Assembly: GCA_041946805.1 (NCBI GenBank)
Contig: JBHGBC010000004.1
Location: forward strand, 40,948-104,947
Source: a bacterium
Lineage (GTDB): Bacteria; Hinthialibacterota; Hinthialibacteria; Hinthialibacterales; Hinthialibacteraceae
Length of the DNA stretch: 64,000 nt
Direction of reading: 5' to 3'
In this document: piece after piece, positions 48,822-58,466 of the stretch
How positions within the stretch are numbered: the first letter of the stretch is position 1
Layout of the letters: each line of letters opens with the position of its first letter
Translations under genes and position numbers: made by a program
Notes under the pieces: generated by a model
What the model saw: only the letters and a program-made list of their open reading frames with translations
Told to the model about the DNA's origin: nothing
Databases searched by the model: none

Positions 48822-49996
48822 ATCCGTTGTCCTCTTCCCAAGAAACACTGTTGCGTTCCATCCTGCGGAACGCCCTGGCGGCATCCGGCGCGCTCCGGCG
48901 TGTAACCATTGTGGACTCGCGGCAGGAAATCCCGTTGATATCGGCGGAACGGGAGGAGGACGCTCCGGTCCGTATTTCTTCCTCCCCAGGAATCCCCGCG
49001 GAAGCCGTCAACCCTGAACAAGCCGTCGAGGAGCTGCTGCGCGTCCTGAGGGAAAATGGGGGGAGCGCGCTGATCGACGATGGATACAATATCACGCGGG
49101 TCGCGTTGCGGGGCGGTTCAATCCTCCGGGAAATCCTGGACCGGACCGCTGAGGCATCGGGATTGAAGGAGCCGCTCTGGGCCGTAGGCAAGGCCACCCG
49201 CCTGGACCCCCGCCAGGCCGCGCCCCTGCTGAAAAGCATCGGGCTGATGACGCCGGAGGGGGAGATCAAGGCCCCCATGCGGAGAAAATTCAAGCAGGTC
49301 AATCATTTCCTCGAATTGCTGGCTCCCCTGTTGAAACAAACAACCGGCCATGCGCCCCTGACCTTGGCTGATTGCGGGTGCGGCAAGACCTATCTGGGAT
49401 TCGTGTTGTACTGGTACGTCCGGCGGGTGTTGAACCGCCCGGCCCGCTTTTACGGGATCGATCTATCCGAAAAATTGATCCGGGATTGCGAACGTCGCGC
49501 CGCGGAGATGGGATTGAAGGACATCGAGTTCCAATGCGCGCCCATCCGGCGGGCGGAAATCCCCGGCCGGATTCATCTGCTCATCAGCCTCCACGCCTGC
49601 GACACGGCCACCGACGAGGCGATCGCCCTGGGCGTGGCGCGGGAAGCGGAACACTTGGCCGCCGCGCCCTGCTGCCAGCAGGAACTGGCCGGCCAGATCG
49701 GCGGCGTACCCCAATATCCCATCGTCCGGCATGGGATTTTCAAGCACCGCTTCGCCGACCTGCTGACCGACATGGCCCGGGCGCTGTTTTTGGAATCCCA
49801 AGGATATACAGTCACGGCCGGCGAATTTGTCTCGGCCGATGACACACCCAAAAATTTGCTGATCCGCGCCCGCCGGGGGAATCCGCACGCCGCCCGCCGC
49901 CGGAAGGAATACGAAACCTTCAAGCAGTATTATCATATTGATCCGTCGCTTGACCATTTTCTACAGGAATTGGAGGCCGGCCGGCGCCATCCATGA
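48818..49996 (+). CDS. SAM-dependent methyltransferase (Methyltransf_32-like)
   Basis: KFKQVNHFLE, DCGCGKTYL, SLHACDTATD, PCCQ and TPKN motifs. Confidence 0.9.
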   Translation: MNPLSSSQETLLRSILRNALAASGALRRVTIVDSRQEIPLISAEREEDAPVRISSSPGIPAEAVNPEQAVEELLRVLRENGGSALIDDGYNITRVALRGGSILREILDRTAEASGLKEPLWAVGKATRLDPRQAAPLLKSIGLMTPEGEIKAPMRRKFKQVNHFLELLAPLLKQTTGHAPLTLADCGCGKTYLGFVLYWYVRRVLNRPARFYGIDLSEKLIRDCERRAAEMGLKDIEFQCAPIRRAEIPGRIHLLISLHACDTATDEAIALGVAREAEHLAAAPCCQQELAGQIGGVPQYPIVRHGIFKHRFADLLTDMARALFLESQGYTVTAGEFVSADDTPKNLLIRARRGNPHAARRRKEYETFKQYYHIDPSLDHFLQELEAGRRHP

Positions 49997-51312
49997 ATCG
50001 TGAATTCTCTCGGCAATTGATCCATATCAGCATGGCGGGATTCGCGTTGACGTTTCCCCTCCTTACCGCTCCCTGGGCCTTTCTGCTGGCCGCCGGCGCG
50101 TTCCTGCACAATATCTTTCTGCTTCCCCAGTACGCCCCCCAACTGTTCCGCGAGCGGGAAAAACTCAGCCAGGGCATCGCCCTCTACCCGGTGATGGTCG
50201 GCGTGTTGATTCTCCTCTTTCCCACCCGGTTGTACCTGGCCGCCGGGGCCTGGGGGATCCTGGCCTTCGGGGATGGCTTCTCGACGCTGGTGGGCCGGCG
50301 CTGGCCGTTGTCGCCCCTGCCCTGGAATCCCCGGAAATCATTAGGCGGCCTGCTGAGTTTCATGGCGGCGGGCAGCGCGGCCGCCTGGCTCATGATGGCC
50401 TGGAACGCGCCGGACGCGGCGTGGCGGCATCTCGCCATGACCGCCGCCGGCGCGGCCGGCGTCGCCGCGATCTATGAATCCCTCCCCCTCCCCTGGGACG
50501 ACAACCTGGTGGTGGCGTTGATCGCGGCCTTGTTCCTTTGCCTGTTTTGGGATCTGGATTGGTCCCGCGACACCGCTTCCATCACCGGGTTCCAGTGGGG
50601 CGTGGCGCTGGTGGTGAACGTGCTGGCGGCGTCGCTGGCCTGGTGGCTGGGATTCGTCTCGTCCTCGGGCGCCGGGGGCGGGCTGTTCCTCGGCACGATT
50701 ATCCTGGCCATGGGAAATTGGGAGATGTACGCGCTCCTGCTGTTCTTCTTCGTCCTGGCCAGCATCGCCACGCGGATCGGGTATCACGAAAAAATGATTA
50801 TCGGCGGAGCGCAGGAGAAAGGCGGCCGGCGGGGCGCGAAACACGCGCTGGCCAACTGCCTGCTGCCGGCGGCGGCGGTCATCGCGCTGGGATCGAGCAA
50901 CGGCGCGGACCTGCTCCTGGCCCTCTTTTTTTGCGGCGCGCTGGCCACGGCCCTGGGTGATACGATCTCGAGCGAACTGGGCCAGGTCTACGGACGCAAT
51001 CCCTTTTTGCCCACCACGTTCCGCCGGGTGGCCGCCGGAACAGTGGGAGCCGTATCGGTCGAGGGTTTGCTCTTCGGGATGGGAGCCGGCGGACTGATGG
51101 CGGGCATCGCCGCCGGACTGGGCGTTATCACCTGGGCGTTGATCCCGGCGGTTACCATCGGCAGCTGGCTGGGATTTTACGCGGAATCGTACATCGGCGG
51201 GTATTGGACCGAGGAAGGTTACGAGGTCAACAATGAATGGATGAACCTGCTCAACACGTTCATCGGCGGCACCATGGCCCTGGCCGTGGGCCTGTTGACC
51301 CATGGATGGTGA
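49993..51312 (+). CDS. Fusion of a phytol/dolichol-kinase-like domain and DUF92 (TMEM19/VTE6-like)
   Basis: N-half: RQLIH, AFGDGFSTLVG, KSLGG, DDN; C-half: GGRRG..HALAN, DTISSELG, GTVGAVSVEG, NEWMN. Confidence 0.85.
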   Translation: MNREFSRQLIHISMAGFALTFPLLTAPWAFLLAAGAFLHNIFLLPQYAPQLFREREKLSQGIALYPVMVGVLILLFPTRLYLAAGAWGILAFGDGFSTLVGRRWPLSPLPWNPRKSLGGLLSFMAAGSAAAWLMMAWNAPDAAWRHLAMTAAGAAGVAAIYESLPLPWDDNLVVALIAALFLCLFWDLDWSRDTASITGFQWGVALVVNVLAASLAWWLGFVSSSGAGGGLFLGTIILAMGNWEMYALLLFFFVLASIATRIGYHEKMIIGGAQEKGGRRGAKHALANCLLPAAAVIALGSSNGADLLLALFFCGALATALGDTISSELGQVYGRNPFLPTTFRRVAAGTVGAVSVEGLLFGMGAGGLMAGIAAGLGVITWALIPAVTIGSWLGFYAESYIGGYWTEEGYEVNNEWMNLLNTFIGGTMALAVGLLTHGW

Positions 51313-51602
51313 CGGTTGGGATCACGCGGGAAAAGTGGGCTGAATCCAGTTCCATTTCCACGCGGTTCCTAGCCAATCCGGGAAATGAATAGGATGTTGA
51401 AAGAGGATTTTGGTCCGCTCCATGATGTGGACGGATGGAAAGGGCAGCCCTTGACCCAAAATCCTCATCCTAGCCCTCTCCCAGAGAGAGGATTGGGATC
51501 AGTTCTCTCAGACTGGTCTGAACGGTGCTTCGGCAGCGCTTTACCGGCAATCGGCAGCATTCGCGAAACACACAATAATCATATCGAAACGCCGATGTAT
51601 CT

Positions 51603-52712
51603 TTACTTGGAAAACACGCGTTTCCCCATCGCGTCGGCCGGGCCGCCGAGGCCTTCCTTGGCGATCATGTCGATCAGCGCCTGGGGATTGCGCATGTGCA
51701 GCTGCGCTTCCTCGCGCGTGATCAGTCCGCGTTGATAGAGCCGGATCAACGATGCATCCATCGTCGTCATCCCTTCTTTCGTCCCCGTTTCGATCACGCT
51801 GTAGAGCTGATGGGTTTTCCCTTCCCGGATGAGGGCGGCCGAGGCGTAGACGTTCTTCAGCACTTCCACCGCCAGCGCCCGCCCGGTCCCCGTGGCCTTG
51901 GGAATGAGCCGCTGCGAGATCACCGCCGCCAGGGTCAGCGACAGTTGCACGCGGACCTGCTGCTGCTGCCGCTCGGGGAAGACGTCGATGATGCGGTCGA
52001 CGGTCTGCACGGCGTCGTTGGTGTGCAGGGTGGCCAGCACCAGGTGGCCGGTTTCCGCCGCGGTCAGCGCCGCCGCGATGGTGTCCAGGTCGCGCATTTC
52101 GCCCACCATGATCACGTCCGGATCCTGCCGCAGGCAGTATTTCAGGGCTATGGCGAACGTGTGCGTGTCGGCCCCCAGCTCGCGCTGGTCCACCACGCTG
52201 TTGCGGTGTTCGTGGACGTATTCGATGGGATCCTCGATGGCGATGATGTGGCAGCAGCGGTTCGTGTTGATCAGGTCGATCATCGAGGCCATGGTCGTGG
52301 TTTTGCCATGGCCGGTCGGCCCCGTGACCAGGATCAATCCCTGGGGCAAAAACGACAGGTCGTAGGCGATCGGGGGGAGCCCCAGTTCCTTCAATTTGGG
52401 GATGATGTTGGCGATGGGACGGAACGCGGCCGCCACGCATCCCTTCTGGTAATACACGTTGACCCGGTACCGGTGCGAAACGCCCACACCCAGCGAAAAA
52501 TCGAGTTCCTTGTTCTCCTCGAACGCCAGGCGCTGCTGCTCGTGCAGCAGGCTGTATACCAGCCGTTTCACTTCATCCGGCGACAAGGGCGGATGGTCCA
52601 GCCGCCGCAGGTTGCCATGCACCCGCACCATGGGCGATACCCCGGCGGTCAGCAGCAGGTCCGACGCCTGCAGCCGGGTGGTCTCTTCAAACAAATCACT
52701 GATTTCCACCAT
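51603..52712 (-). CDS. pilT: Type IV pilus retraction ATPase PilT
   Basis: GPTGHGKTT, EDPIE, LRQDPDVIMVGEMRD, AETGHLV and ALIREGKTHQ motifs. Confidence 0.9.
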   Translation of the reverse strand: MVEISDLFEETTRLQASDLLLTAGVSPMVRVHGNLRRLDHPPLSPDEVKRLVYSLLHEQQRLAFEENKELDFSLGVGVSHRYRVNVYYQKGCVAAAFRPIANIIPKLKELGLPPIAYDLSFLPQGLILVTGPTGHGKTTTMASMIDLINTNRCCHIIAIEDPIEYVHEHRNSVVDQRELGADTHTFAIALKYCLRQDPDVIMVGEMRDLDTIAAALTAAETGHLVLATLHTNDAVQTVDRIIDVFPERQQQQVRVQLSLTLAAVISQRLIPKATGTGRALAVEVLKNVYASAALIREGKTHQLYSVIETGTKEGMTTMDASLIRLYQRGLITREEAQLHMRNPQALIDMIAKEGLGGPADAMGKRVFSK

Positions 52713-52764
52713 GCCTTTGTCCTCGCGTTGGGCTTATCCTAGAAATTTCCCACAAGAAACCGAT

Positions 52765-53003
52765 GTCATCCCCGCGAATGCGGGGATCCAAAGCTTTATC
52801 CCAGTATGAAAAAACCAGGAAGTCATGTAAGCCTATTCACTATCGTAGGTACAAGATGCCACGCGTCCCTACTTCCCACGCCAGGGATCTTTCCCTCACC
52901 CTGGCCTCCTCCCCGAGAGAATGGGGATGATTGTCGTCTGGATCAGGATGGTCAGGATTCGCAGGATGACCAGGATGACCAGGATGACCAGGATAACCAG
53001 GAT
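52765..53003. repeat. Repeat mosaic including seven 9-bp CAGGAT units
   Basis: 52765-52790 GTCATCCCCGCGAATGCGGGGATCCA; GTAG..CTAC REP; degenerate A; CAGGAT every 9 bp from 52944 to 52998. Confidence 0.8.
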
Positions 53004-53084
53004 TTGATCAGTTATGCGCCACGCGCAAACAAGCCCCGCATACTAAATTCAACCCAGATTTTTTATCCCGGGCGGTTTCACGAA

Positions 53085-54230
53085 TCATGGTTTGAACGCC
53101 ACCTTGCGCTGGGCCAGGGGCGACCAGAGTCCCGCCCGGTTGCGGGCCGCCACGAAAAAGTACATTTCCTCGTACCGGGGCGGCTTCACATAGGGTATCG
53201 CGGCGCTGGCCGAAGAGACAAGCACGCCGCTGGGCGCCACTTTTCGGGGATCACGCGTGAACGCGTACCAATACCCTTCCACTCCCGATTCCGCGTCCAC
53301 CGGCGGTTTCCAGGACCAGATAATCTCCTGGCTTTTCAACTCGTAATCCGGATCCGTGGGCGGGGGGGGCGGAGTTCCGTCGATCGTGGTGCGGAAAACC
53401 GGCCGTTCTTTCCACAACCGGACGCCGTCGAGCCGGATCGCATACCCCCGCTTCAGGTCCATGCCCATCAAATTCTTGGCCACCGCCACGGCCGTGATTT
53501 TCGACCGGTTTGCGGGAGGTCCCATTTTTTCGTTCAGATCCACGGTCATGAACTGCCATTGTTGGTCCGCGATTTTCGCGTCTTCCGTGAAATGCGCCAC
53601 TGGTTCCCGGAAATCCGCCGACGCCGATTTGATGAGCAGATCCGCCCCGCCGGGGATGTCGCACCAGTAATAAAACTCCAGGAACCGGAACGGCGACCAA
53701 TCCATCGTGGGGATCTTGTCGGTAAACCGCACGCCCAGCAGATCCTTTTCGGTCAATTCCACATCGGGTTTGTCGAACGTGAACGAAGTTCTCAGACTGC
53801 CCTTGCCCTGGAAATAGCTTTCCTCATCAAAGCGGATGCGCATGTGGTTCCCCGCCACCGAACACGCGGGCCACACCCGGAACAAGTCCTGTCCCTCATC
53901 GAAGTCCCCCAGCCGGACCATTTCCGCCCCGGTGGCCGAGGTGATGGCGCACCGGAACTCGATCCGCTGTCCGTGGATCCCCTGGAATGTCCCGGACGTG
54001 GCGGTGGTATCGCGAATGCCGGGAACCGCCTCCCAGGGACCCGGGGCGTTTTCGTTCATGATCCGGTAGAACACGGTGAACGCGGGATCGGGGACATTCT
54101 CCGCGCTCCATTCGAGTTTCACCTCCGGCGGGGAAAATTCCGGCAGCGGTTTCAACGCCGAGGCGGCCCCGGCCGATCCCGCTCCAATCCCCCAGAGCAC
54201 TCCTAATCCAATCGACATCCATCGGATCAT
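53085..54230 (-). CDS. Secreted hypothetical protein (possible FN3-like + carbohydrate-binding-like domains)
   Basis: Signal peptide; DGTPPP..WKPPVDAESGVEGYWY..YFFVAARNRAGLWS; GGAGG RBS. Confidence 0.75.
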   Translation of the reverse strand: MIRWMSIGLGVLWGIGAGSAGAASALKPLPEFSPPEVKLEWSAENVPDPAFTVFYRIMNENAPGPWEAVPGIRDTTATSGTFQGIHGQRIEFRCAITSATGAEMVRLGDFDEGQDLFRVWPACSVAGNHMRIRFDEESYFQGKGSLRTSFTFDKPDVELTEKDLLGVRFTDKIPTMDWSPFRFLEFYYWCDIPGGADLLIKSASADFREPVAHFTEDAKIADQQWQFMTVDLNEKMGPPANRSKITAVAVAKNLMGMDLKRGYAIRLDGVRLWKERPVFRTTIDGTPPPPPTDPDYELKSQEIIWSWKPPVDAESGVEGYWYAFTRDPRKVAPSGVLVSSASAAIPYVKPPRYEEMYFFVAARNRAGLWSPLAQRKVAFKP

Positions 54231-54351
54231 TGGTTCTACGAATACCTCCTTGAGTCAATGCAATCGATTTTTCCTATTCTTCTTGTTCGTGTTGTCATGC
54301 ATGAGAATGAGGGAAGCCAGGGTAAAAGATGCAGTGAGAAACATCGATGTC

Positions 54352-54428
54352 AAGGCTTTCCCTCACCCTGGCCCTCTCCCAGAGGGAGAGGGAATTAGGA
54401 AGGGTTACGCTTCGCTAACCCTTCCTAC
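54352..54428. repeat. Palindrome A + GGGTTACGCTTCGCTAACCC..CTAC REP
   Basis: Perfect A at 54360-54392; second motif also at ~38580-38612. Confidence 0.8.
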
Positions 54429-54452
54429 AGGCTACGCATCTCAGGGACGGCC

Positions 54453-55562
54453 TCAGCGCCCCGGCGCGCCCGTTTTGTAGATGGTGATGGAATCCGTGCC
54501 GGTGAACATCCCCTTGGCGTTCAGGCGGAACTCGTCGGGATTGGATGAGGCGAACAGGGCCTCCTCGAAAGTGATCACTTCCTGGTTATACAAATCCAGC
54601 AGCGCCTGGTTGAAGGTCTGCATCCCCTGGTCGCGCCCCTTGGCGATGTATTCCCGCATTTTCCAGAATTCACCTTCCATGAGGGCCTTTTTGATCGAAG
54701 GCGTGGAGCGCAGGATTTCCAGCGCCGGGACCCGCCCGGTTCCGTCCTTGCGCCGCAACAGGCGCATGCAGACGATGCCCTCCAGGCACATCGAGAGTTC
54801 CTGCCGCACCTGCGATTTCAAGTAATCGGGGAAATAATTGATGATCCGGTCCAGCGTGTGGAAGACATCGACCGTGTGCAGGGTGGTCAACACCAGGTGG
54901 CCGGTTTCCGCCGCCGAGATGGCCGTCATCATCGTGTCCTGGTCCCGCATCTCGCCGATGAGGATCACATCCGGGCTTTGCCGCACCACATGCCGCAACG
55001 CGTTTTGGAAGCTGGCGGTGTCGTAACCCACTTCGCGTTGATTGATGACCGACTTGTCGTCCACATGCACGAATTCGATGGGATCCTCGATGGTGATGAT
55101 ATGGCGGCTGAAGCGGGAATTGATATGGTGGATCATCGCCGCCAGGGTGGTCGACTTGCCGCTGCCCGTCGCCCCGGTGATGATCACCAACCCCCGCGGC
55201 AGCTCCGCCATCTGTTGAATCACCGGCGGGAGGTGCAGCCGGGTGAACGACAGGTCCGAATCGGCCACGTGCCGCGCCACCATCCCGATTTGTCCCTGCT
55301 GGCGGAACAGATTGATCCGGTACCGCGTCCCGTCGTCCAGGGTGTAGGCGAAATCCAGTTCCGAATGCTCCTCGAACATGCGGAATTGGTGCTCGGTGAG
55401 CAGAAACCGGGCGGCTTCCAGGAGTTCCGCACCCCGGGCCGGTTCCCCCTCCAGCCGGATCACGTCGTTATGGATCCGCAGCGCGGGGGGCACGCCCGCC
55501 TTCAAGTACAAATCCGACGCATCTTTCTCCACCATCATTTGCAGCAAGGCGATGATATTCAC
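54453..55562 (-). CDS. PilT/PilU family ATPase (PilU-like)
   Basis: ASDLYLKAG, GATGSGKST, EDPIE, QSPDVILIGEMRD and GMQTFNQAL motifs; GAGGTG RBS, GTG start. Confidence 0.9.
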   Translation of the reverse strand: MNIIALLQMMVEKDASDLYLKAGVPPALRIHNDVIRLEGEPARGAELLEAARFLLTEHQFRMFEEHSELDFAYTLDDGTRYRINLFRQQGQIGMVARHVADSDLSFTRLHLPPVIQQMAELPRGLVIITGATGSGKSTTLAAMIHHINSRFSRHIITIEDPIEFVHVDDKSVINQREVGYDTASFQNALRHVVRQSPDVILIGEMRDQDTMMTAISAAETGHLVLTTLHTVDVFHTLDRIINYFPDYLKSQVRQELSMCLEGIVCMRLLRRKDGTGRVPALEILRSTPSIKKALMEGEFWKMREYIAKGRDQGMQTFNQALLDLYNQEVITFEEALFASSNPDEFRLNAKGMFTGTDSITIYKTGAPGR

Positions 55563-55700
55563 GGATCCTCACCTCCCCGGCAACGGACTCAAGTATAGAA
55601 ACGGATGGTCTTTTCGATTCGTTTAGCCGGATTCTTGATTCAACCAGTTATCCCTGCCATAAAGATAATCCATAATCGCGGCAACAGCCAAGAAGATTAT

Positions 55701-55965
55701 GCCCAGGGTTGAAACCCTGGGCTATTTTAAAGTCGTTCCCTGAAGGGGACTCGGATCATGTGGGTGGGCTACGCTGCGCTTTGAGCCCACTCTACATCTG
55801 CACTTGACGGCCCCTTGAAAGGGGCGCTATAGCCCGAACCCTGACCTTCTCCCAGAGGGAGAGGGAATGAATCGTTGGGATTCCCTTCGCCATGGAGCTG
55901 GCAGATCGTGGTGCAGGCGTCCCTCCGGCAACAATATTGGGTGCAGACAAGATGTCTGCGCCACA
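55701..55965. repeat. Repeat mosaic
   Basis: GCCCAGGGTTGAAACCCTGGGC..CCCTGAAGGGG; GGGTGGGCT..AGCCCACTCTAC; degenerate A; GCAGACAAGATGTCTGC. Confidence 0.75.
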
Positions 55966-55992
55966 ATAAAATGACTTATTGCCGGTCCGTCT

Positions 55993-56646
55993 TTATAGGG
56001 ACGGTTCCGGTTCATCACCGGCCCCTTCCACTGATACGCGGCTATGCGAATCGAACACGATGTAGTCCTCGCCCGACAAGTCATAGGGCGGTTTGAGCAC
56101 CACTCTCGACTGCCCCTCGGCGCGGATGGCGATGCCTCCCTCGCCCCGGATTTGGCCGCTGAACACCACCACCGATCCGTCGAGCGCCTCGATGCAAATC
56201 CCGTCCTCCCGCGCCACGATCTGGCAATCCCGCAGGCGGACTTCTCCGTTCGAACAATGGATCTTCCCCTCGATCCGTATATGACTCAACGAACAATCCT
56301 TGGCGTTCACGATCGAAACCGCGGGCAGATTCCCGGCCGCGGTGATCCGGGTTTCCTCCACCCCGGCGCCATGCAGATTCACCGGGCGGGTGATCCGCAA
56401 TCCTTCATCCAGAGTGAAAGTACCGGAATCCAACCGGATCTCCGCCGGTTCGCCGGGAACGCTCCCGGCCGCCCGGTTCACCCGGTCCTGGATGGAAGCC
56501 AGCCGGTCCGGAGGCCGGAATGAAGAGGCCGCGGTTCTTCTTCCCGAATGCCGGGAACGCCACCACCAGACGCCTCCAACCGCCAGGAGCGCCAGCAGGA
56601 TGGTACCCAACGCGATAATCCCCCAGGCATTACCTGTATCACCCAT
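55993..56646 (-). CDS. Membrane-anchored protein with a pectin-lyase-like beta-helix
   Basis: N-terminal TM; SIQDRVNRA..IRLDSGTF...LRITRPVNLHGAG..ETRI. Confidence 0.7.
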   Translation of the reverse strand: MGDTGNAWGIIALGTILLALLAVGGVWWWRSRHSGRRTAASSFRPPDRLASIQDRVNRAAGSVPGEPAEIRLDSGTFTLDEGLRITRPVNLHGAGVEETRITAAGNLPAVSIVNAKDCSLSHIRIEGKIHCSNGEVRLRDCQIVAREDGICIEALDGSVVVFSGQIRGEGGIAIRAEGQSRVVLKPPYDLSGEDYIVFDSHSRVSVEGAGDEPEPSL

Positions 56647-56680
56647 GAATGGAAATTCCTTTGTTATTCGTATCGGTGGA

Positions 56681-57871
56681 TCACGAACGCATATCCCGGA
56701 ACCGGGATATCAATTCCCGGATGACGCCCTCGATCCGCACCGCGGTTTCCGACTTGGACACCCGCACCGGACGGGTCAACGGTCCGCCCTGCAGCAAAAA
56801 CTCATTTCCCAGGTCGAAATATTTCCGCACGCACCGGTGTCCCTCCAGCCACGCCACCACCAGATCCTCGTTGCGCACCAGCCCGCCCACCTCGTAGATG
56901 ACCTTGCAACCCGGCCAGATCCCCAACGGCATGTACGAATCGGTCTGCACGAAAATGGCTTCATACTCGCGTCCCGCATCGAACCAGGTTTTCGGCAATC
57001 CCAAAAAATCCAGCGTATCCTCTTCCTCCATTTCCTCGCTTCCGGGGCGGATCACCCCCGTCACCGGAATGTTGCGGATCCCGGCGTTCCCCTCGATTTG
57101 CCTCGGAATGGTTTCGATTCCCGCCGCCTCACCTGGAGCTTCCCCCGTTTCCGGTACGGGATTCCACATTTCATGGGGAGCGATGACGTCCGGAAATTTC
57201 TGTTCCAACGCCCGTTCCTTCGCCTCGCTGGCGGCCTTGTGCAACAACTCGCAGAATGTTCCCGCCGAATGCGCGCGCTGAAGGATCTCCCGCCGCCGCT
57301 CCGAGGGCTGCCGGGTCAGCAGTTGCTCATCCGTCGTCAGTTGTAAAACCTCGTGCATCAAGCCTAAAAAGACCAGCCACACCGGCGGCTGATCCCCCAA
57401 CTGCTCCATCACCCAGCCGCGCAGGTCCTCATGAGTTTGCAGACCGCCTTCCGGACGCATACGGCCGGTCTTTTCCTCCGCGCCGGCGAAGCGGTCCACG
57501 ACATAGAATTGTTTGTGGGGAATGGCGTTCACCAGTTCGCCGATTTCCACCCGCAAGCAATGCGCGATGGCTTTCCGCGGCACGCAGACCTTATTTCCCG
57601 CCAGCACGAAGCCGATTTTCCGCGCCGCTTTCACCAGGCTCTGCAATTCCCGTTGCTTTTCCGCCAGCTGCGCGAACTGCCGGTGCTCCTCCGGCCGCAG
57701 ATGGAAAAGCGCGGCCATTTTTTCGACCAGCGGGCGGGGCGGAGGCGGCTTGAAACCGCTTTCCATTTGGGCGATGTACGGCGAGGACAATCCGAGGCGG
57801 TCCGCCAATTCTTGCTGGGTGTATTTTCCGCGCAGACGGTATTCCCGAAGCCAATCACCGAAGGTTTTCAA
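56681..57871 (-). CDS. XRE-type HTH regulator with a C-terminal LexA/S24-like domain
   Basis: FGDWLREYRLRGKYTQQELADRLGLSSPYIAQMESG; C-terminal IPVTG...DSY..GI..G...VRNEDLVVA...IEGV; TTG start. Confidence 0.85.
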   Translation of the reverse strand: MKTFGDWLREYRLRGKYTQQELADRLGLSSPYIAQMESGFKPPPPRPLVEKMAALFHLRPEEHRQFAQLAEKQRELQSLVKAARKIGFVLAGNKVCVPRKAIAHCLRVEIGELVNAIPHKQFYVVDRFAGAEEKTGRMRPEGGLQTHEDLRGWVMEQLGDQPPVWLVFLGLMHEVLQLTTDEQLLTRQPSERRREILQRAHSAGTFCELLHKAASEAKERALEQKFPDVIAPHEMWNPVPETGEAPGEAAGIETIPRQIEGNAGIRNIPVTGVIRPGSEEMEEEDTLDFLGLPKTWFDAGREYEAIFVQTDSYMPLGIWPGCKVIYEVGGLVRNEDLVVAWLEGHRCVRKYFDLGNEFLLQGGPLTRPVRVSKSETAVRIEGVIRELISRFRDMRS

Positions 57872-58466
57872 ATCTCCAAGGCTCCTTTGCCTTCCAAGTC
57901 AGAATCGACTCATGGTAATTCCCCCAATCCGGGATTTCAATACGGCGGTTCATAGATCTCCGGATCGCACTCCGAAAGAAAATCCAAGGGGATTCCCCGC
58001 GCAACCATCCCGTTCCCTTCCAGCCGGTCCCGGCAGGCGGATTTTTCCACGGGAATCCGGCAGCCTATTCATCGGGCAGGAAGGGAGAAATCTATATCAA
58101 AATGATGGTATATATGATAAAGATATAATTTTATAATTCATACTATCCTTACATCATGCTCAAGATCAAAAAGAGCGCGGTTTTCTCTCCGAAGATGCCT
58201 GGGAACCGGCCTTTCCCCATGTAAAAAGATCATCCATCCCTCCGGTTTTGTCTTATAATTGGGAGGCCGCACCGGTGTAGCGTTCCGGAGGCGGCCACAT
58301 CCCGGGAAGATACGTCGGCCAGTGTAACGAAAATTTCCTATTGATTTTTTGCCAAAAAAAGTCAAAATAAAGTAAATAAACGTACCAATTAGAATTAATA
58401 CAATGCATGGATATCATGAAATGCGTGAAAATAATGTGTATACGTCAACCATGGGAGGATGCCAAA

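Noticed and set aside
52936..53003. Possible CRISPR array
   Set aside because: 9-bp period with no unique spacers and no cas genes; the dispersed palindromes are not regularly spaced either.
56681..57871. Prophage repressor marking a prophage
   Set aside because: No integrase, structural or replication phage genes lie nearby; the neighbours are ordinary chromosomal genes.
57872..57913. In-frame upstream ATG with a TGA at codon 5 (MSRF*LGRQ...) before the LexA-like gene, suggesting readthrough or selenocysteine
   Set aside because: Frame agreement has a 1-in-3 chance, the TTG start has its own RBS-like GGAG, and I see no SECIS or Cys-motif context.
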